Source: a virus
Lineage: Duplodnaviria; Heunggongvirae; Uroviricota; Caudoviricetes
Length of the DNA stretch: 57,853 nt
Virus record (IMG/VR): IMGVR_UViG_2663762886_000011
Reading direction: 5' to 3' (one strand)
Shown here one piece after another: positions 41,054-55,382 of the stretch. The notes beneath the pieces were generated by a model. The model saw nothing but the letters and a program-made list of their open reading frames with translations, had not been told where the DNA came from and did not search any database. Numbering within the stretch: the first letter of the stretch is position 1; each line of letters begins with the position of its first letter. Position numbers and translations under genes: made by a program.

Positions 41054-41479
41054 TTAGTGCGGAAATATTTGTGTAGTGTTCTGTATGTTCTCAGTAAAGA
41101 GTAATGAATTATCAAAGGTATAGTAATACCTTTTGTTTTCGTGGATATTTGTAATCCATCTGAAAACCCCTGCTGTAGCAAGATTTTTCCTGTATTCGTA
41201 AAATGATAACTCTCCTGATTTGAATCCTTTTAAGGTGGCTTCTATAAGGCATTTATTTTTTGAAAATCTTACATTTACAACCTTACCCTGTCCTTTTATT
41301 AAAACCGTATTATCGTTTTCAAGAACAAGATGAATATTCTCTGTGGCTAAATAGTAAATGTAATGTGAGACATTGTGACGTTTTAGTTCAGAATAAAACC
41401 AGTGATAGTTTAAATTATTTCGCACTTTATCGAATATTTGTTTAAAAATGGCAACCTGAGCCATTGTAGTACCTTCCAT
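41054..41479 (-). CDS. DUF1398 protein, YdfO-like
   Basis: Translation [45 protein letters not shown]... resembles YdfO-family prophage proteins. Confidence 0.7.
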   Translation of the reverse strand: MEGTTMAQVAIFKQIFDKVRNNLNYHWFYSELKRHNVSHYIYYLATENIHLVLENDNTVLIKGQGKVVNVRFSKNKCLIEATLKGFKSGELSFYEYRKNLATAGVFRWITNIHENKRYYYTFDNSLLFTENIQNTTQIFPH

Positions 41480-41521
41480 GTGATATGAGGGGGCGTAGTC
41501 TGCACGATTATCTAAATTGCT

Positions 41522-41755
41522 TCAATCTGGTCTAACCTGTTTTCTGAGCAATTCAGTAATGTCACTCTTTTCTTTGTTTGCTTCAGGCGAAACTCTTTTT
41601 TCTGAGCACAGTCTCCGGCGGCAGGCTTCAATGACCCAGGCTGAGAAATTCCCGGACCCTTTTTGAACAAGAGCGATGTTAATTTGTTCAATCATTTGGT
41701 TAGGAAAGCGGATGTTGCGGGTTGTTGTTCTGCGGGTTCTGTTCTTCGTTGACAT
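41522..41755 (-). CDS. DUF3950 protein, YnfO/YlcI-like
   Basis: Small basic protein adjacent to cos/Nu1 as in Qin and DLP12-type prophages. Confidence 0.6.
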   Translation of the reverse strand: MSTKNRTRRTTTRNIRFPNQMIEQINIALVQKGSGNFSAWVIEACRRRLCSEKRVSPEANKEKSDITELLRKQVRPD

Positions 41756-41919
41756 GAGGTTGCCCTGTATTCAGTGTCGCTGATTTGTATTGTCTGAAGT
41801 TGTTTTTACGTTAAGTTGATGCAGATCAATTAATACGATACCTGCGTCATAATTGATTATTTGACGTGGTTTGATGGCGTAGATGCACGTTGTGACATGT
41901 AGATGATAATTATTATCAT

Positions 41920-42143
41920 TTTGCGGGTCCTTTCCGGCGATCCGACAGGTTACGGGGCGGAAGGCGCGCGGGTTTTCGCTATTTATGACAATTTTCCGGT
42001 TTAAGGCGTTTCCGTTCTTCTTCGCCGTAACCTAATGTTTTTATTTAAAACACCCCCTGAAAAGAAAGGAAACGACAGGTGCTGAAAACGGGCTTTTTGG
42101 CCTCTGTCGTTTCCTTTCTCTGTTTTTGTCCGTGGAATGAACA
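41920..42143 (+). other. cos site (cosQ-cosN-cosB) of lambda-like phage
   Basis: Near-identity to lambda ends: ...GGTTACG / 12-nt cosN / CGCGGGTTTTCGCTATTTATGA...; R3, R2, R1 terminase-binding repeats present; cosN hexamer differs from lambda. Confidence 0.85.
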
Positions 42144-42663
42144 ATGGAAGTCAACAAAAAGCAGCTGGCTGACATTTTCGGTGCGAGTATCCGTACCATT
42201 CAGAACTGGCAGGAACAGGGAATGCCCGTTCTGCGAGGCGGTGGCAAGGGTAATGAGGTGCTTTATGACTCTGCCGCCGTTATAAGATGGTATGCCGAAA
42301 GGGATGCTGAAATTGAGAACGAAAAGCTGCGCCGGGAAGTTGAAGAACTGCGGCAGGCCAGCGAGACAGATCTCCAGCCAGGGACTATTGAGTACGAACG
42401 CCATCGACTTACGCGTGCGCAGGCCGACGCACAGGAGCTGAAAAATGCCAGAGACTCCGCTGAAGTGGTGGAAACCGCATTCTGTACTTTCGTGCTGTCG
42501 CGGATCGCAGGTGAAATTGCCAGTATTCTCGACGGGATCCCCCTGTCGGTGCAGCGGCGTTTTCCGGAACTGGAAAACCGACATGTTGATTTCCTGAAAC
42601 GGGATATCATCAAAGCCATGAACAAAGCAGCCGCGCTGGATGAACTGATACCGGGGTTGCTGA

Positions 42664-42689
<26 letters not shown>
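42144..42689 (+). CDS. nu1: Terminase small subunit Nu1, 181 aa
   Basis: Translation near-identical to lambda Nu1 (MEVNKKQLADIFGASIRTIQNWQEQGMPV...). Confidence 0.95.
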
Positions 42690-46370
<3,681 letters not shown>

Positions 46371-46390
<20 letters not shown>

Positions 46391-47690
46391 TCTCCCGCAT
46401 ATTGCCAGCATGGCTTTTAATGAGCCGCTGATGCTTGAACCCGCCTATGCGCGGGTTTTCTTTTGTGCGCTTGCAGGCCAGCTTGGGATCAGCTGCCTGA
46501 CGGATGCAGTATCCGGCGACAGCCTGACTGCCGGAGAGGCACCCGCGGCGCTGGCGTTATCCGGTGATGATGACGGACCACGACAGGCCCGCAGTTATCA
46601 GGTAATGAACGGCATCGCCGTGCTGCCGGTGTCCGGCACGCTGGTCAGCCGGACGCGGGCGCTGCAGCCGTACTCGGGGATGACCGGTTACAACGGCATT
46701 ATCGCCCGTCTGCAACAGGCTGCCAGCGACCCGATGGTGGACGGCATTCTGCTCGATATGGACACACCGGGCGGAATGGTGGCGGGAGCATTTGACTGCG
46801 CTGACATCATCGCCCGTGTGCGTGACATAAAGCCGGTATGGGCGCTGGCCAATGACATGAACTGCAGCGCAGGTCAGCTGCTTGCCAGTGCCGCCTCCCG
46901 GCGTCTGGTCACGCAGACCGCCCGGACAGGCTCCATCGGCGTCATGATGGCTCACAGTAATTACGGCGCTGCACTGGAGAAACAGGGCGTGGAAATCACG
47001 CTGATTTACAGCGGCAGCCATAAGGTGGATGGCAACCCCTACAGCCATCTACCGGATGATGTCCGGGAAACATTGCAGTCCCGGATGGATGCAACCCGCC
47101 GGATGTTTGCACAGAAGGTGTCGGCATATACCGGCCTGTCCGTGCAGGCTGTGCTGGATACCGAGGCTGCAGTGTACAGCGGTCAGGAGGCCATTGATGC
47201 CGGACTGGCTGATGAACTTGTTAACAGTACCGATGCGATCACCGTCATGCGTGATGCACTGGATGCACGTAAATCCCGTCTCTCAGGAGGGCGAATGACC
47301 AAAGAGACTCAATCAACAACTGTTTCAGCCACTGCTTCGCAGGCTGACGTTACTGGCGTGGTGCAAGCGACGGAGGGCGAGAACGCCAGCGCGGCGCAGC
47401 CGGACGTGAACGCGCAGATCACCGCAGCGGTTGCGGCAGAAAACAGTCGCATTATGGGGATCCTCAACTGTGAGGAGGCTCACGGACGCGAAGAACAGGC
47501 ACGCGTGCTGGCCGAAACCCCCGGTATGACCGTGGAAACGGCCCGCCGTATTCTGGCCGCAGCACCACAGAGTGCACAGACGCGCAGTGACACTGCGCTG
47601 GATCGTCTGATGCAGGGGGCACCGGCACCGCTGGCTGCAGGTAACCCGGCATCTGATGCCGTTAACGATTTGCTGAACACACCAGTGTAA
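46371..47690 (+). CDS. C: Capsid protease/scaffold protein C (with nested Nu3), 439 aa
   Basis: GTG start after GAGGAG; translation VTAELRNLPHIASMAFNEPLMLEPAYARVFF... as lambda C. Confidence 0.9.
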
Positions 47691-47699
47691 GGGATGTTT

Positions 47700-48032
47700 A
47701 TGACGAGCAAAGAAACCTTTACCCATTACCAGCCGCTGGGCAATAGTGACCCGGCTCATACCGCAACCGCGCCCGGCGGATTGAGTGCGAAAGCGCCTGC
47801 AATGACCCCGCTGATGCTGGACACCTCCACCCGTAAGCTGGTTGCGTGGGATGGCACCACCGACGGTGCTGCCGTTGGCATTCTTGCGGTTGCTGCTGAC
47901 CAGACCAGCACCACACTGACGTTCTACAAGTCCGGCACGTTCCGTTATGAGGATGTGCTCTGGCCGGAGGCTGCCAGCGACGAGACGAAAAAACGGACCG
48001 TGTTTGCCGGAACGGCAATCAGCATCGTTTAA
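47700..48032 (+). CDS. D: Capsid decoration protein D, 110 aa
   Basis: [27 protein letters not shown]... as lambda D. Confidence 0.9.
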   Translation: MTSKETFTHYQPLGNSDPAHTATAPGGLSAKAPAMTPLMLDTSTRKLVAWDGTTDGAAVGILAVAADQTSTTLTFYKSGTFRYEDVLWPEAASDETKKRTVFAGTAISIV

Positions 48033-48087
48033 CTTTACCCTTCATCACTAAAGGCCGCCTGTGTGGCTTTTTTTACGGGATTTTTTT

Positions 48088-49113
48088 ATGTCGATGTACA
48101 CAACCGCCCAGCTGCTGGCGGCAAATGAGCAGAAATTTAAGTTTGATCCGCTGTTTCTGCGTCTCTTTTTCCGTGAGAGCTATCCCTTCACTACGGAGAA
48201 AGTCTATCTCTCACAAATTCCGGGACTGGTAAACATGGCGCTGTACGTTTCGCCGATTGTTTCCGGTGAGGTTATCCGTTCCCGTGGCGGCTCCACCTCT
48301 GAATTTACGCCGGGATATGTCAAACCCAAGCATGAGGTGAATCCGCAGATGACCCTGCGTCGCCTGCCGGATGAAGATCCGCAGAATCTGGCGGACCCGG
48401 CTTACCGCCGCCGTCGCATCATCATGCAGAACATGCGTGACGAAGAGCTGGCCATTGCTCAGGTCGAAGAGATGCAGGCAGTTTCTGCCGTGCTCAAGGG
48501 CAAATACACCATGACCGGTGAAGCCTTCGATCCGGTTGAGGTGGATATGGGCCGCAGTGCGGCGAACAACATCACACAGTCCGGCGTCACGGAGTGGAGC
48601 AAGCGTGACAAGTCCACGTATGACCCGACCGACGATATCGAAGCCTACGCGCTGAACGCCAGCGGTGTGGTGAATATCATCGTGTTTGACCCGAAAGGCT
48701 GGGCGCTGTTCCGTTCCTTCAAAGCCGTCAAGGAGAAGCTGGATACCCGTCGCGGCTCTCATTCCGAGCTGGAGACAGCGGTAAAAGACCTGGGCAAAGC
48801 GGTGTCCTATAAGGGAATGTATGGCGATGTGGCCATCGTCGTGTATTCCGGACAGTACGTGGAAAACGGCGTCAAAAAGAACTTCCTGCCGGACAACACG
48901 ATGGTGCTGGGGAACACTCAGGCTCGCGGTCTGCGCACCTATGGCTGCATTCAGGATGCGGACGCACAGCGCGAAGGCATTAACGCTTCTGCCCGTTACC
49001 CGAAAAACTGGGTGACCACCGGCGATCCGGCGCGTGAGTTCACCATGATTCAGTCAGCACCGCTGATGCTGCTGGCTGATCCTGATGAGTTCGTGTCCGT
49101 TCAACTGGCGTAA
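48088..49113 (+). CDS. E: Major capsid protein E, 341 aa
   Basis: MSMYTTAQLLAANEQKFKFDPLFLRLF... as lambda E. Confidence 0.95.
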   Translation: MSMYTTAQLLAANEQKFKFDPLFLRLFFRESYPFTTEKVYLSQIPGLVNMALYVSPIVSGEVIRSRGGSTSEFTPGYVKPKHEVNPQMTLRRLPDEDPQNLADPAYRRRRIIMQNMRDEELAIAQVEEMQAVSAVLKGKYTMTGEAFDPVEVDMGRSAANNITQSGVTEWSKRDKSTYDPTDDIEAYALNASGVVNIIVFDPKGWALFRSFKAVKEKLDTRRGSHSELETAVKDLGKAVSYKGMYGDVAIVVYSGQYVENGVKKNFLPDNTMVLGNTQARGLRTYGCIQDADAQREGINASARYPKNWVTTGDPAREFTMIQSAPLMLLADPDEFVSVQLA

Positions 49114-49154
49114 TCATGGCCCTTCGGGGCCATTTTCTCTCTGTGGAGGAGTTC

Positions 49155-49553
49155 ATGACGAAAGATGAACTGATTGCCCGTCTTCAGGAGCTGGGTGAGC
49201 AATTGAACCGCGATGTCAGTTTGACGGGAACGAAAGAAGAACTGGCGCTTCGTGTGGCAGAGCTGGAAGAAGAGCTTGATGACACGGATGAAACTGCCGG
49301 TCAGGACACCCCTCTCAGCCGGGAAAATGTGCTGACCGGGCATGAAAATGAGGTGGTATCAGCGCAGCCGGATACCGTGATTCAGGATACGGCTGAACTG
49401 GTCACGGTCGTGGCACTGGTGACGCTGCATACTGATGCACTTCACGCCACGCGGGATAAACCTGTGGCATTTGTGCTGCCGGGAACGGCGTTTCGTGTCT
49501 CTGCCGGTGTGGCAGCCGAAATGACAGAGCGCGGCCTGGCCAGAATGCAATAA
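49155..49553 (+). CDS. FI: DNA packaging protein FI, 132 aa
   Basis: MTKDELIARLQELGEQLNRDVSLTGTKEELA... as lambda FI. Confidence 0.85.
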   Translation: MTKDELIARLQELGEQLNRDVSLTGTKEELALRVAELEEELDDTDETAGQDTPLSRENVLTGHENEVVSAQPDTVIQDTAELVTVVALVTLHTDALHATRDKPVAFVLPGTAFRVSAGVAAEMTERGLARMQ

Positions 49554-49564
49554 CGGGAGGCGCT

Positions 49565-49918
49565 GTGGCTGATTTCGATAACCTGTTCGATGCTGCCATT
49601 GCCCGCGCCGATGAAACGATACGCGGGTACATGGGAACGTCAGCCACCATGACATCCGGTGAGCAGTCAGGTGCGGTGATACGTGGTGTTTTTGATGACC
49701 CTGAAAATATCAGCTATGCCGGACAGGGCGTGCGCGTTGAAGGCTCCAGCCCGTCCCTGTTTGTCCGGACTGATGAGGTGCGGCAGCTGCGGCGTGGAGA
49801 CACGCTGACCATCGGTGAGGAAAATTTCTGGGTAGATCGGGTTTCGCCGGATGATGGCGGAAGTTGTCATCTCTGGCTTGGACGGGGCGTACCGCCTGCC
49901 GTTAACCGTCGCCGCTGA
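49565..49918 (+). CDS. FII: Head completion protein FII, 117 aa
   Basis: Lambda FII-like. Confidence 0.9.
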   Translation: MADFDNLFDAAIARADETIRGYMGTSATMTSGEQSGAVIRGVFDDPENISYAGQGVRVEGSSPSLFVRTDEVRQLRRGDTLTIGEENFWVDRVSPDDGGSCHLWLGRGVPPAVNRRR

Positions 49919-49929
49919 AAGGGGGATGT

Positions 49930-50508
49930 ATGGCCATAAAAGGTCTTGAGCAGGCCGTTGAAAACCTCAGCCGTATCAGCAAAACGGCGGTGCCCGGTGC
50001 CGCCGCAATGGCCATTAACCGCGTTGCTTCATCCGCGATATCGCAGTCTGCGTCACAGGTTGCCCGTGAGACAAAGGTACGCCGGAAACTGGTAAAGGAA
50101 AGGGCCAGGCTGAAAAGGGCCACGGTCAAAAATCCGCAGGCCAGAATCAAAGTTAACCGGGGGGATTTGCCCGTAATCAAGCTGGGTAATGCGCGGGTTG
50201 TCCTGTCCCGCCGCAGGCGTCATAAAAAGGGGCAGCGTTCATCCCTGAAAGGTGGCGGCAGCGTGCTTGTGGTGGGTAACCGTCGTATTCCCGGCGCGTT
50301 TATTCAGCAACTGAAAAACGGCCGGTGGCATGTTATGCAGCGTGTGGCCGGGAAAAACCGTTACCCCATTGATGTGGTGAAAATCCCGATGGCGGTGCCG
50401 CTGACCACGGCGTTTAAACAGAATATTGAACGGATACGGCGTGAACGTCTTCCGAAAGAGCTGGGCTATGCGCTGCAGCATCAACTGAGAATGGTAATAA
50501 AGCGATGA
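49930..50508 (+). CDS. Z: Tail completion protein Z, 192 aa
   Basis: Lambda Z-like. Confidence 0.9.
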   Translation: MAIKGLEQAVENLSRISKTAVPGAAAMAINRVASSAISQSASQVARETKVRRKLVKERARLKRATVKNPQARIKVNRGDLPVIKLGNARVVLSRRRRHKKGQRSSLKGGGSVLVVGNRRIPGAFIQQLKNGRWHVMQRVAGKNRYPIDVVKIPMAVPLTTAFKQNIERIRRERLPKELGYALQHQLRMVIKR

Positions 50509-50900
50509 AACATACTGAACTCCGTGCAGCCGTACTGGATGCACTGGAGAAGCATGACACCGGGGCGACGCTTTTTGATGGTCGCCCCGCTGTTTTTGAT
50601 GAGGAAGATTTTCCGGCAATTGCCGTTTATCTCACCGGCGCTGAATACACGGGCGAAGAGCTGGACAGCGATACCTGGCAGGCGGAGCTGCATATTGAAG
50701 TTTTCCTGCCTGCTCAGGTGCCGGATTCAGAGCTGGATTCGTGGATGGAGTCCCGGATTTATCCTGTGATGAGCGATATCCCGGCACTGTCAGATTTGAT
50801 CACCAGTATGGTGGCCAGCGGCTATGACTACCGGCGCGACGATGATGCGGGCCTGTGGAGTTCAGCCGATCTGACTTATGTCATTATCTATGAAATGTGA
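50505..50900 (+). CDS. U: Tail terminator protein U, 131 aa
   Basis: Lambda U-like. Confidence 0.9.
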   Translation: MKHTELRAAVLDALEKHDTGATLFDGRPAVFDEEDFPAIAVYLTGAEYTGEELDSDTWQAELHIEVFLPAQVPDSELDSWMESRIYPVMSDIPALSDLITSMVASGYDYRRDDDAGLWSSADLTYVIIYEM

Positions 50901-50907
50901 GGACGCT

Positions 50908-51648
50908 ATGCCTGTACCAAATCCTACAATGCCGGTGAAAGGTGCCGGGACCACCCTGTGGGTTTATAAGGGGAGCGGTGACCCTTATGCGAACCCGCTT
51001 TCAGACGTTGACTGGTCGCGTCTGGCAAAAGTTAAAGACCTGACGCCCGGCGAACTGACCGCTGAGTCCTATGACGACAGCTATCTCGATGATGAAGATG
51101 CAGACTGGACTGCGACCGGGCAGGGGCAGAAATCTGCCGGAGATACCAGCTTCACGCTGGCGTGGATGCCCGGAGAGCAGGGGCAGCAGGCGCTGCTGGC
51201 GTGGTTTAATGAAGGTGATACCCGTGCCTATAAAATCCGCTTCCCGAACGGCACGGTCGATGTGTTCCGTGGCTGGGTCAGCAGTATCGGTAAGGCGGTG
51301 ACGGCGAAGGAGGTGATTACCCGCACGGTGAAGGTCACCAATGTGGGACGTCCGTCGATGGCAGAAGATCGCAGCACGGTGACGGCGACGACCGGCATGA
51401 CGGTGACACCCGCCAGTGCTTCCGTAGTGAAAGGGCAGAGCACCACGCTGACCGTGGCATTCCAGCCGGATGGCGCAACCGACAAGAGCTTCCGTGCGGT
51501 GTCTGCGGATAAAACAAAAGCCACCGTGTCGGTCAGTGGTATGACCATCACCGTGAAAGGTGTTGCTGCAGGCAAGGTCAACATTCCGGTCGTATCTGGT
51601 AATGGTGAGTTTGCTGCGGTTGCAGAAATCAACGTCACCGCCAGTTAA
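50908..51648 (+). CDS. V: Major tail protein V, 246 aa
   Basis: [31 protein letters not shown]... as lambda V. Confidence 0.9.
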   Translation: MPVPNPTMPVKGAGTTLWVYKGSGDPYANPLSDVDWSRLAKVKDLTPGELTAESYDDSYLDDEDADWTATGQGQKSAGDTSFTLAWMPGEQGQQALLAWFNEGDTRAYKIRFPNGTVDVFRGWVSSIGKAVTAKEVITRTVKVTNVGRPSMAEDRSTVTATTGMTVTPASASVVKGQSTTLTVAFQPDGATDKSFRAVSADKTKATVSVSGMTITVKGVAAGKVNIPVVSGNGEFAAVAEINVTAS

Positions 51649-51663
51649 TCCGGAGAGTCAGCG

Positions 51664-52086
51664 ATGTTCCTGAAAACCGAATCATTTGAACATAACGGTG
51701 TGACCGTCACGCTTTCTGAACTGTCAGCCCTGCAGCGTATTGAGCATCTCGACCTGATGAAACGGCAGGCAGAACAGGCGGAGTCAGACAGCAACCGGAA
51801 GTTTACTGTGGAAGACGCCATCAGAACCGGCGCTTTTGTGGTTGCGATGTCCCTGTGGCATAACCATCCGAAGAAGACGCAGATGCCGTCCATGAATGAA
51901 GCCGTTAAACAGATTGAGCAGGAAGTGCTTACCACCTGGCCCACAGAGGCAATTTCTCATGCTGAAAACGTGGTGTACCGGCTGTCCGGTATGTATGAGT
52001 TTGTGGTGAATGATGCTCCTGAACAGGCAGAGGACGCCGGGCCTGCAGAGCCTGTTTCTGCGGGAAAGTGTTCGACGGTGAGCTGA
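51664..52086 (+). CDS. G: Tail assembly chaperone G, 140 aa
   Basis: Lambda G-like; ends just after slippery site. Confidence 0.9.
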   Translation: MFLKTESFEHNGVTVTLSELSALQRIEHLDLMKRQAEQAESDSNRKFTVEDAIRTGAFVVAMSLWHNHPKKTQMPSMNEAVKQIEQEVLTTWPTEAISHAENVVYRLSGMYEFVVNDAPEQAEDAGPAEPVSAGKCSTVS

Positions 52087-52502
52087 GTTTTGCCCTGAAA
52101 CTGGCGCGTGAGATGGGGCGACCCGACTGGCGCGCCATGCTTGCCGGGATGTCATCCACGGAGTATGCCGACTGGCACCGCTTTTACAGTACCCATTATT
52201 TTCATGATGTTCTGCTGGATATGCACTTTTCCGGGCTGACGTACACCGTGCTCAGCCTGTTTTTCAGCGATCCGGAGATGCATCCGCTGGATTTCAGTCT
52301 GCTGAACCGGCGCGAGGCTGACGAAGAGCCTGAAGATGATGTGCTGATGCAGAAAGCGGCAGGGCTTGCCGGAGGTGTCCGCTTTGGCCCGGACGGGAAT
52401 GAAGTTATCCCCGCTTCCCCGGATGTGGCGGACATGACGGAGGATGACGTAATGCTGATGACAGTATCAGAAGGGATCGCAGGAGGAGTCCGGTATGGCT
52501 GA
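51664..52502 (+). CDS. T: Tail assembly chaperone G-T (-1 frameshift product)
   Basis: Slippery heptamer G GGA AAG at about 52062-52068; -1 frame continues as KVFDGELSFALKLAREMG... to 52502. Confidence 0.85.
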
Positions 52503-55056
52503 ACCGGTAGGCGATCTGGTCGTTGATTTGAGTCTGGATGCGGCCAGATTTGACGAGCAGATGGCCAGAGTCAGGCGTCATTTTTCCGGTACGGAAAGTG
52601 ATGCGAAAAAAACAGCGGCAGTCGTTGAACAGTCGCTGAGCCGACAGGCGCTGGCTGCACAGAAAGCGGGGATTTCCGTCGGGCAGTATAAAGCCGCCAT
52701 GCGTATGCTGCCTGCACAGTTCACCGACGTGGCCACGCAGCTTGCAGGGGGGCAGAATCCCTGGCTGATCCTGCTGCAACAGGGTGGTCAGGTTAAGGAC
52801 TCCTTCGGCGGGATGATCCCCATGTTCAGGGGGCTTGCCGGCGCGATCACCCTGCCGATGGTGGGGGCCACCTCGCTGGCGGTGGCGACCGGTGCGCTGG
52901 CGTATGCCTGGTATCAGGGCAACTCAACCCTGTCCGATTTCAACAAAACGCTGGTCCTTTCCGGTAATCAGGCGGGACTGACGGCAGATCGTATGCTGGT
53001 CCTGTCCAGAGCCGGGCAGGCGGCAGGGCTGACGTTTAACCAGACCAGCGAGTCACTCAGCGCACTGGTTAAGGCGGGGGTAAGCGGTGAGGCTCAGATT
53101 GCGTCCATCAGCCAGAGTGTGGCGCGTTTCTCCTATGCATCCGGCGTGGAGGTGGACAAGGTCGCTGAAGCCTTCGGGAAGCTGACCACAGACCCGACGT
53201 CGGGGCTGACGGCGATGGCACGCCAGTTCCATAACGTGACGGCGGAGCAGATTGCGTATGTTGCTCAGTTGCAGCGTTCCGGCGATGAAGCCGGGGCATT
53301 GCAGGCGGCGAACGAGGCCGCAACGAAAGGGTTTGATGACCAGACCCGCCGCCTGAAAGAGAACATGGGCACGCTGGAGACCTGGGCAGACAGGACTGCA
53401 CGTGCATTCAAATCCATGTGGGATGCGGTGCTGGATATTGGTCGTCCTGATACCGCGCAGGAGATGCTGATTAAGGCAGAGGCTGCGTTTAAGAAAGCAG
53501 ACGACATCTGGAATCTGCGCAAGGATGATTATTTCGTTAACGATGAAGCACGGGCGCGTTACTGGGATGATCGTGAAAAAAAACGCCTGGAGCGGGATGC
53601 AGCCCAAAAGAGGGTAGATCAACAGCGTCAACAGGACAAAAATGCGCAGCAGCAGAGCGATACCGAAGCGTCACGGCTGAAATATACCGAAGAGGCGCAG
53701 AAGGCTTACGAACGGCTGCAGACGCCGCTGGAGAAATATACCGCCCGTCAGGAAGAACTGAACAAGGCACTGAAAGACGGAAAAATCCTGCAGGCAGATT
53801 ACAACACGCTGATGGCGGCGGCGAAAAAGGATTATGAAGCGACGCTGAAAAAGCCGAAACAGTCCGGCGTGAAGGTGTATGCGGGCGATCGTCAGGAAGA
53901 CAGTGCTCATGCGGCCCTGCTGACGCTTCAGGCAGAACTCCGGACGCTGGAGAAGCATGCCGGAGCGAATGAGAAAATCAGCCAGCAGCGCCGGGATTTG
54001 TGGAAGGCAGAAAGTCAGTTCGCGGTACTGGAGGAGGCGGCACAACGTCGCCAGCTGTCCGCACAGGAGAAATCCCTGCTGGCGCATAAAGACGAGACGC
54101 TGGAGTACAAACGCCAGCTGGCTGCACTTGGTGACAAGGTTACGTATCAGGAGCACCTGAATGCGCTGGCGCAGCAGGCGGATAAATTCGCACAGCAGCA
54201 ACGGGCAAAACGGGCAGCCATTGATGCGAAAAACCGGGGGCTGACTGACCGGCAGGCAGCGCGGGAAGCCACGGAACAGCGCCTGAAGGAACAGTATGGC
54301 GATAATCCTCTGGCGCTGAATAACGTCATGTCAGAGCAGAAAAAGACCTGGGCGGCTGAAGACCAGCTTCGCGGGAGCTGGATGGCAGGCCTGAAGTCCG
54401 GCTGGAGTGAGTGGGAAGAGAGCGCCACGGACAGTATGTCACAGGTTAAAAGTGCAGCCACGCAGACCTTTGATGGTATTGCACAGAATATGGCGGCGAT
54501 GCTGACCGGCAGTGAACAGAACTGGCGCAGCTTCACCCGCTCCGTGCTGTCCATGATGACAGAAATTCTGCTTAAGCAGGCAATGGTGGGGATTGTCGGG
54601 AGTATCGGCAGCGCCATTGGCGGGGCTGTTGGTGGCGGCGCATCCGCGTCAGGTGGTACAGCCATTCAGGCCGCTGCGGTGAAATTCCATTTTGCAACCG
54701 GGGGATTTACGGGAACCGGCGGCAAATATGAGCCAGCGGGGATTGTTCACCGTGGTGAATTTGTCTTCACGAAGGAGGCAACCAGCCGGATTGGCGTGGG
54801 GAATCTCTACCGGCTGATGCGCGGCTATGCGGAAGGTGGTTATGTGGGCGGTGCCGGAAGTCCGGCGCAGATGCGGCGGGCTGAAGGCATTAATTTTAAT
54901 CAGAACAATCACGTGGTGATTCAGAACGACGGTACGAATGGTCTGCCAGGTCCACAGATGATGAAGGCCGTGTATGACATGGCCCGCAAGGGTGCCCGTG
55001 ATGAAATTCAGACACAGATGCGTGATGGTGGCCTGTTCTCCGGAGGTGGACGATGA
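52495..55056 (+). CDS. H: Tail tape measure protein H, 853 aa
   Basis: Length and sequence as lambda H. Confidence 0.95.
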   Translation: MAEPVGDLVVDLSLDAARFDEQMARVRRHFSGTESDAKKTAAVVEQSLSRQALAAQKAGISVGQYKAAMRMLPAQFTDVATQLAGGQNPWLILLQQGGQVKDSFGGMIPMFRGLAGAITLPMVGATSLAVATGALAYAWYQGNSTLSDFNKTLVLSGNQAGLTADRMLVLSRAGQAAGLTFNQTSESLSALVKAGVSGEAQIASISQSVARFSYASGVEVDKVAEAFGKLTTDPTSGLTAMARQFHNVTAEQIAYVAQLQRSGDEAGALQAANEAATKGFDDQTRRLKENMGTLETWADRTARAFKSMWDAVLDIGRPDTAQEMLIKAEAAFKKADDIWNLRKDDYFVNDEARARYWDDREKKRLERDAAQKRVDQQRQQDKNAQQQSDTEASRLKYTEEAQKAYERLQTPLEKYTARQEELNKALKDGKILQADYNTLMAAAKKDYEATLKKPKQSGVKVYAGDRQEDSAHAALLTLQAELRTLEKHAGANEKISQQRRDLWKAESQFAVLEEAAQRRQLSAQEKSLLAHKDETLEYKRQLAALGDKVTYQEHLNALAQQADKFAQQQRAKRAAIDAKNRGLTDRQAAREATEQRLKEQYGDNPLALNNVMSEQKKTWAAEDQLRGSWMAGLKSGWSEWEESATDSMSQVKSAATQTFDGIAQNMAAMLTGSEQNWRSFTRSVLSMMTEILLKQAMVGIVGSIGSAIGGAVGGGASASGGTAIQAAAVKFHFATGGFTGTGGKYEPAGIVHRGEFVFTKEATSRIGVGNLYRLMRGYAEGGYVGGAGSPAQMRRAEGINFNQNNHVVIQNDGTNGLPGPQMMKAVYDMARKGARDEIQTQMRDGGLFSGGGR

Positions 55057-55382
55057 AAACCTTCCGCTGGAAAGTGAAACCCGGTATGGATGTGGCTTTG
55101 GCCCCTTCTGTAAGAAAGGTGCGCTTTGGTGATGGCTATTCCCAGCGAGCGCCTGCCGGGCTGAATGCCAACCTGAAAACGTACAGCGTGACGCTTTCTG
55201 TCCCCCGTGAGGAGGCCATGGTACTGGAGTCGTTTCTGGAAGAGCACGGGGGCTGGAAAGCCTTTCTGTGGACGCCGCCTTATGAGTGGCGGCAGATAAA
55301 GGTGACCTGCGCAAAATGGTCGTCGCGGGTCAGTATGCTGCGTGTTGAGTTCAGCGCAGAGTTTGAACAGGTGGTGAACTGA
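55053..55382 (+). CDS. M: Minor tail protein M, 109 aa
   Basis: Lambda M-like. Confidence 0.9.
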   Translation: MKTFRWKVKPGMDVALAPSVRKVRFGDGYSQRAPAGLNANLKTYSVTLSVPREEAMVLESFLEEHGGWKAFLWTPPYEWRQIKVTCAKWSSRVSMLRVEFSAEFEQVVN

